The notes under the pieces: generated by a model
Told to the model about the DNA's origin: nothing
Databases searched by the model: none
What the model saw: only the letters and a program-made list of their open reading frames with translations
Part shown: one piece after another, positions 63,901 through 64,000 of the stretch
How positions within the stretch are numbered: position 1 is the first letter of the stretch
How the letters are laid out: each line of letters starts with the position of its first letter
From: Lingula anatina
Taxonomy: Eukaryota > Animalia > Brachiopoda
Length of the DNA stretch: 64,000 bases
Reading direction: 5' to 3'
NCBI GenBank assembly: GCA_051362555.1
Contig: CM120642.1
Coordinates: 2,108,001-2,172,000, forward strand
Position numbers and translations under genes: made by a program

Positions 63901-64000
63901 CACCTTGTCTATAATTGCTTCAAGATTAGTCCTGTACCGTCGAGCCGATATGATAGTTCCATGAGCAATATACCTGGGATCCCGTTTACTGACTTCAAAC
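48974..64000 (-). CDS. HJURP: Putative CENP-A chaperone, Scm3/HJURP family (5'-partial, >1830 aa)
   Basis: Phase-consistent exons: >64000-63904, 57206-57140, 56848-56780, 56517-56441, 56091-55926, 54983-54757, 54492-54169, 53860-52687, 52284-48974. Spliced N-terminus ...IISARRYRTNLEAIIDK|YNKPFHRDDIIDLESFVIENEV|GRLKKIKKAQAFG matches the Scm3 pattern S..RF...+..II.KY...F..D.++D+.....+....G.L. The remainder is S/T/P/K/R-rich low-complexity sequence ending in CLGKGNCSKSFCFSC. The start codon lies outside the window. Confidence 0.75.
51092..51523 (-). repeat. Coding 21-bp repeat: ~19 heptads, consensus TPSSRS(T/L/H)
   Basis: TPSSRLN TPRARSL TPTSRSS TPGSRSN TLVPRSF TPSSRSH SPGARSL TPTSRST ... in ORF 48974-52381. 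Confidence 0.9.
52964..53080 (-). repeat. Coding 24-bp repeat x5 (xEFQYQQH)
   Basis: GEFQYQQH EEFQYQQH GEFQYQQP EDFQYQQH EEFQYQQD in ORF 52655-53860. Confidence 0.9.
55196..55515. mobile_element. MITE, hAT-like, 6-bp TSD
   Basis: Imperfect TIR CAGACATGCTAAAA / TTTCAGCGTGTCTC, flanked by TCCTCC on both sides (55190-55195, 55516-55521). Confidence 0.65.
57076..57107. repeat. (TG)n microsatellite
   Basis: GT dinucleotide run with one GC interruption. Confidence 0.9.
57497..57658. mobile_element. Degenerate inverted copy of the 28548-28709 MITE
   Basis: CAGGAGCAGATCCAGAAATATTTTTGACAG...ATCTTTATTGATCCATCTTCCATTTT...GTCTTCCAGGAGACCCAG aligns by eye along the reverse complement of 28548-28709. 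Confidence 0.8.
58357..60285 (-). mobile_element. Helentron-associated non-autonomous element (HINE/DINE-like) with internal 146-bp satellite
   Basis: 14-bp subTIRs ATTGTACCACCAGC (58392-58405) / GCTGGTGGTACAAT (60271-60284). An adjacent partial inverted copy at 60253-60264 forms a hairpin. 9-bp microsatellite (CGGAGCCGG/CAGGAGCCG) at ~60165-60225. 3' hairpin GAGGCG-ATAC-CGCCTC (58371-58386) followed by CTAG on the - strand. Internal tandem array. Confidence 0.85.
58555..59268. repeat. Tandem array, ~146-bp unit x5
   Basis: AGGTCAAAGGTCAATT starts at 58575, 58719, 58865, 59011 and 59157 (periods 144, 146, 146, 146). Confidence 0.95.
60410..61555. repeat. Degenerate tandem repeats, ~270-370-bp period
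   Basis: TTTTGATGCAACATTACATAATGTTTAACAGCATAATGACCATCAATTTT recurs near 60425, 60698, 61068 and 61405. Weaker relatives occur near 57410 and 58168. Confidence 0.85.
61557..63203 (-). mobile_element. Second HINE-like element with ~161-bp satellite and duplicated terminus
   Basis: CATGCTGATTTT units at ~61993, 62155, 62317, 62478 and 62639, then 62865 and 63026. Each block ends in a (CGA/CGG)n microsatellite plus a 13-bp hairpin TATGTACAGACAC-ATCT-GTGTCTGTACATA (62802-62831, 63171-63200). The left boundary is approximate. Confidence 0.75.

Overview
AT-rich, intron-rich animal genomic DNA (invertebrate; the repeat types suggest a mollusc or other lophotrochozoan, not provable from the window). 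I reconstructed four spliced genes by hand from GT-AG boundaries and reading phase. (1) CCR4-NOT deadenylase CNOT7/8 (CAF1/POP2), + strand, 1690-4574. (2) A ~1840-aa VWA3B-like gene, - strand, 33272-9379, ~36 coding exons. (3) A ZDHHC2/15/20-type palmitoyltransferase, + strand, 33831-45117, head-to-head with VWA3B. (4) A >1830-aa mostly disordered protein, - strand, from beyond 64000 to 48974. Its N-terminus is split over small exons absent from the ORF track and reads as an Scm3/HJURP CENP-A-chaperone domain, and its C-terminus is a Cys4 motif. Non-coding highlights: a 127-bp solo LTR containing a tRNA-like cloverleaf with a 4-bp TSD, two tandem arrays that multiply real splice sites (CNOT7 acceptor x3, VWA3B donor x5), several MITEs with 5-bp, 6-bp or TTAA TSDs, and Helentron/HINE-like elements carrying 146-bp and 161-bp satellites inside the intron that splits the putative CENP-A-binding domain. 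No database searches were run; family assignments come from recognised motifs.
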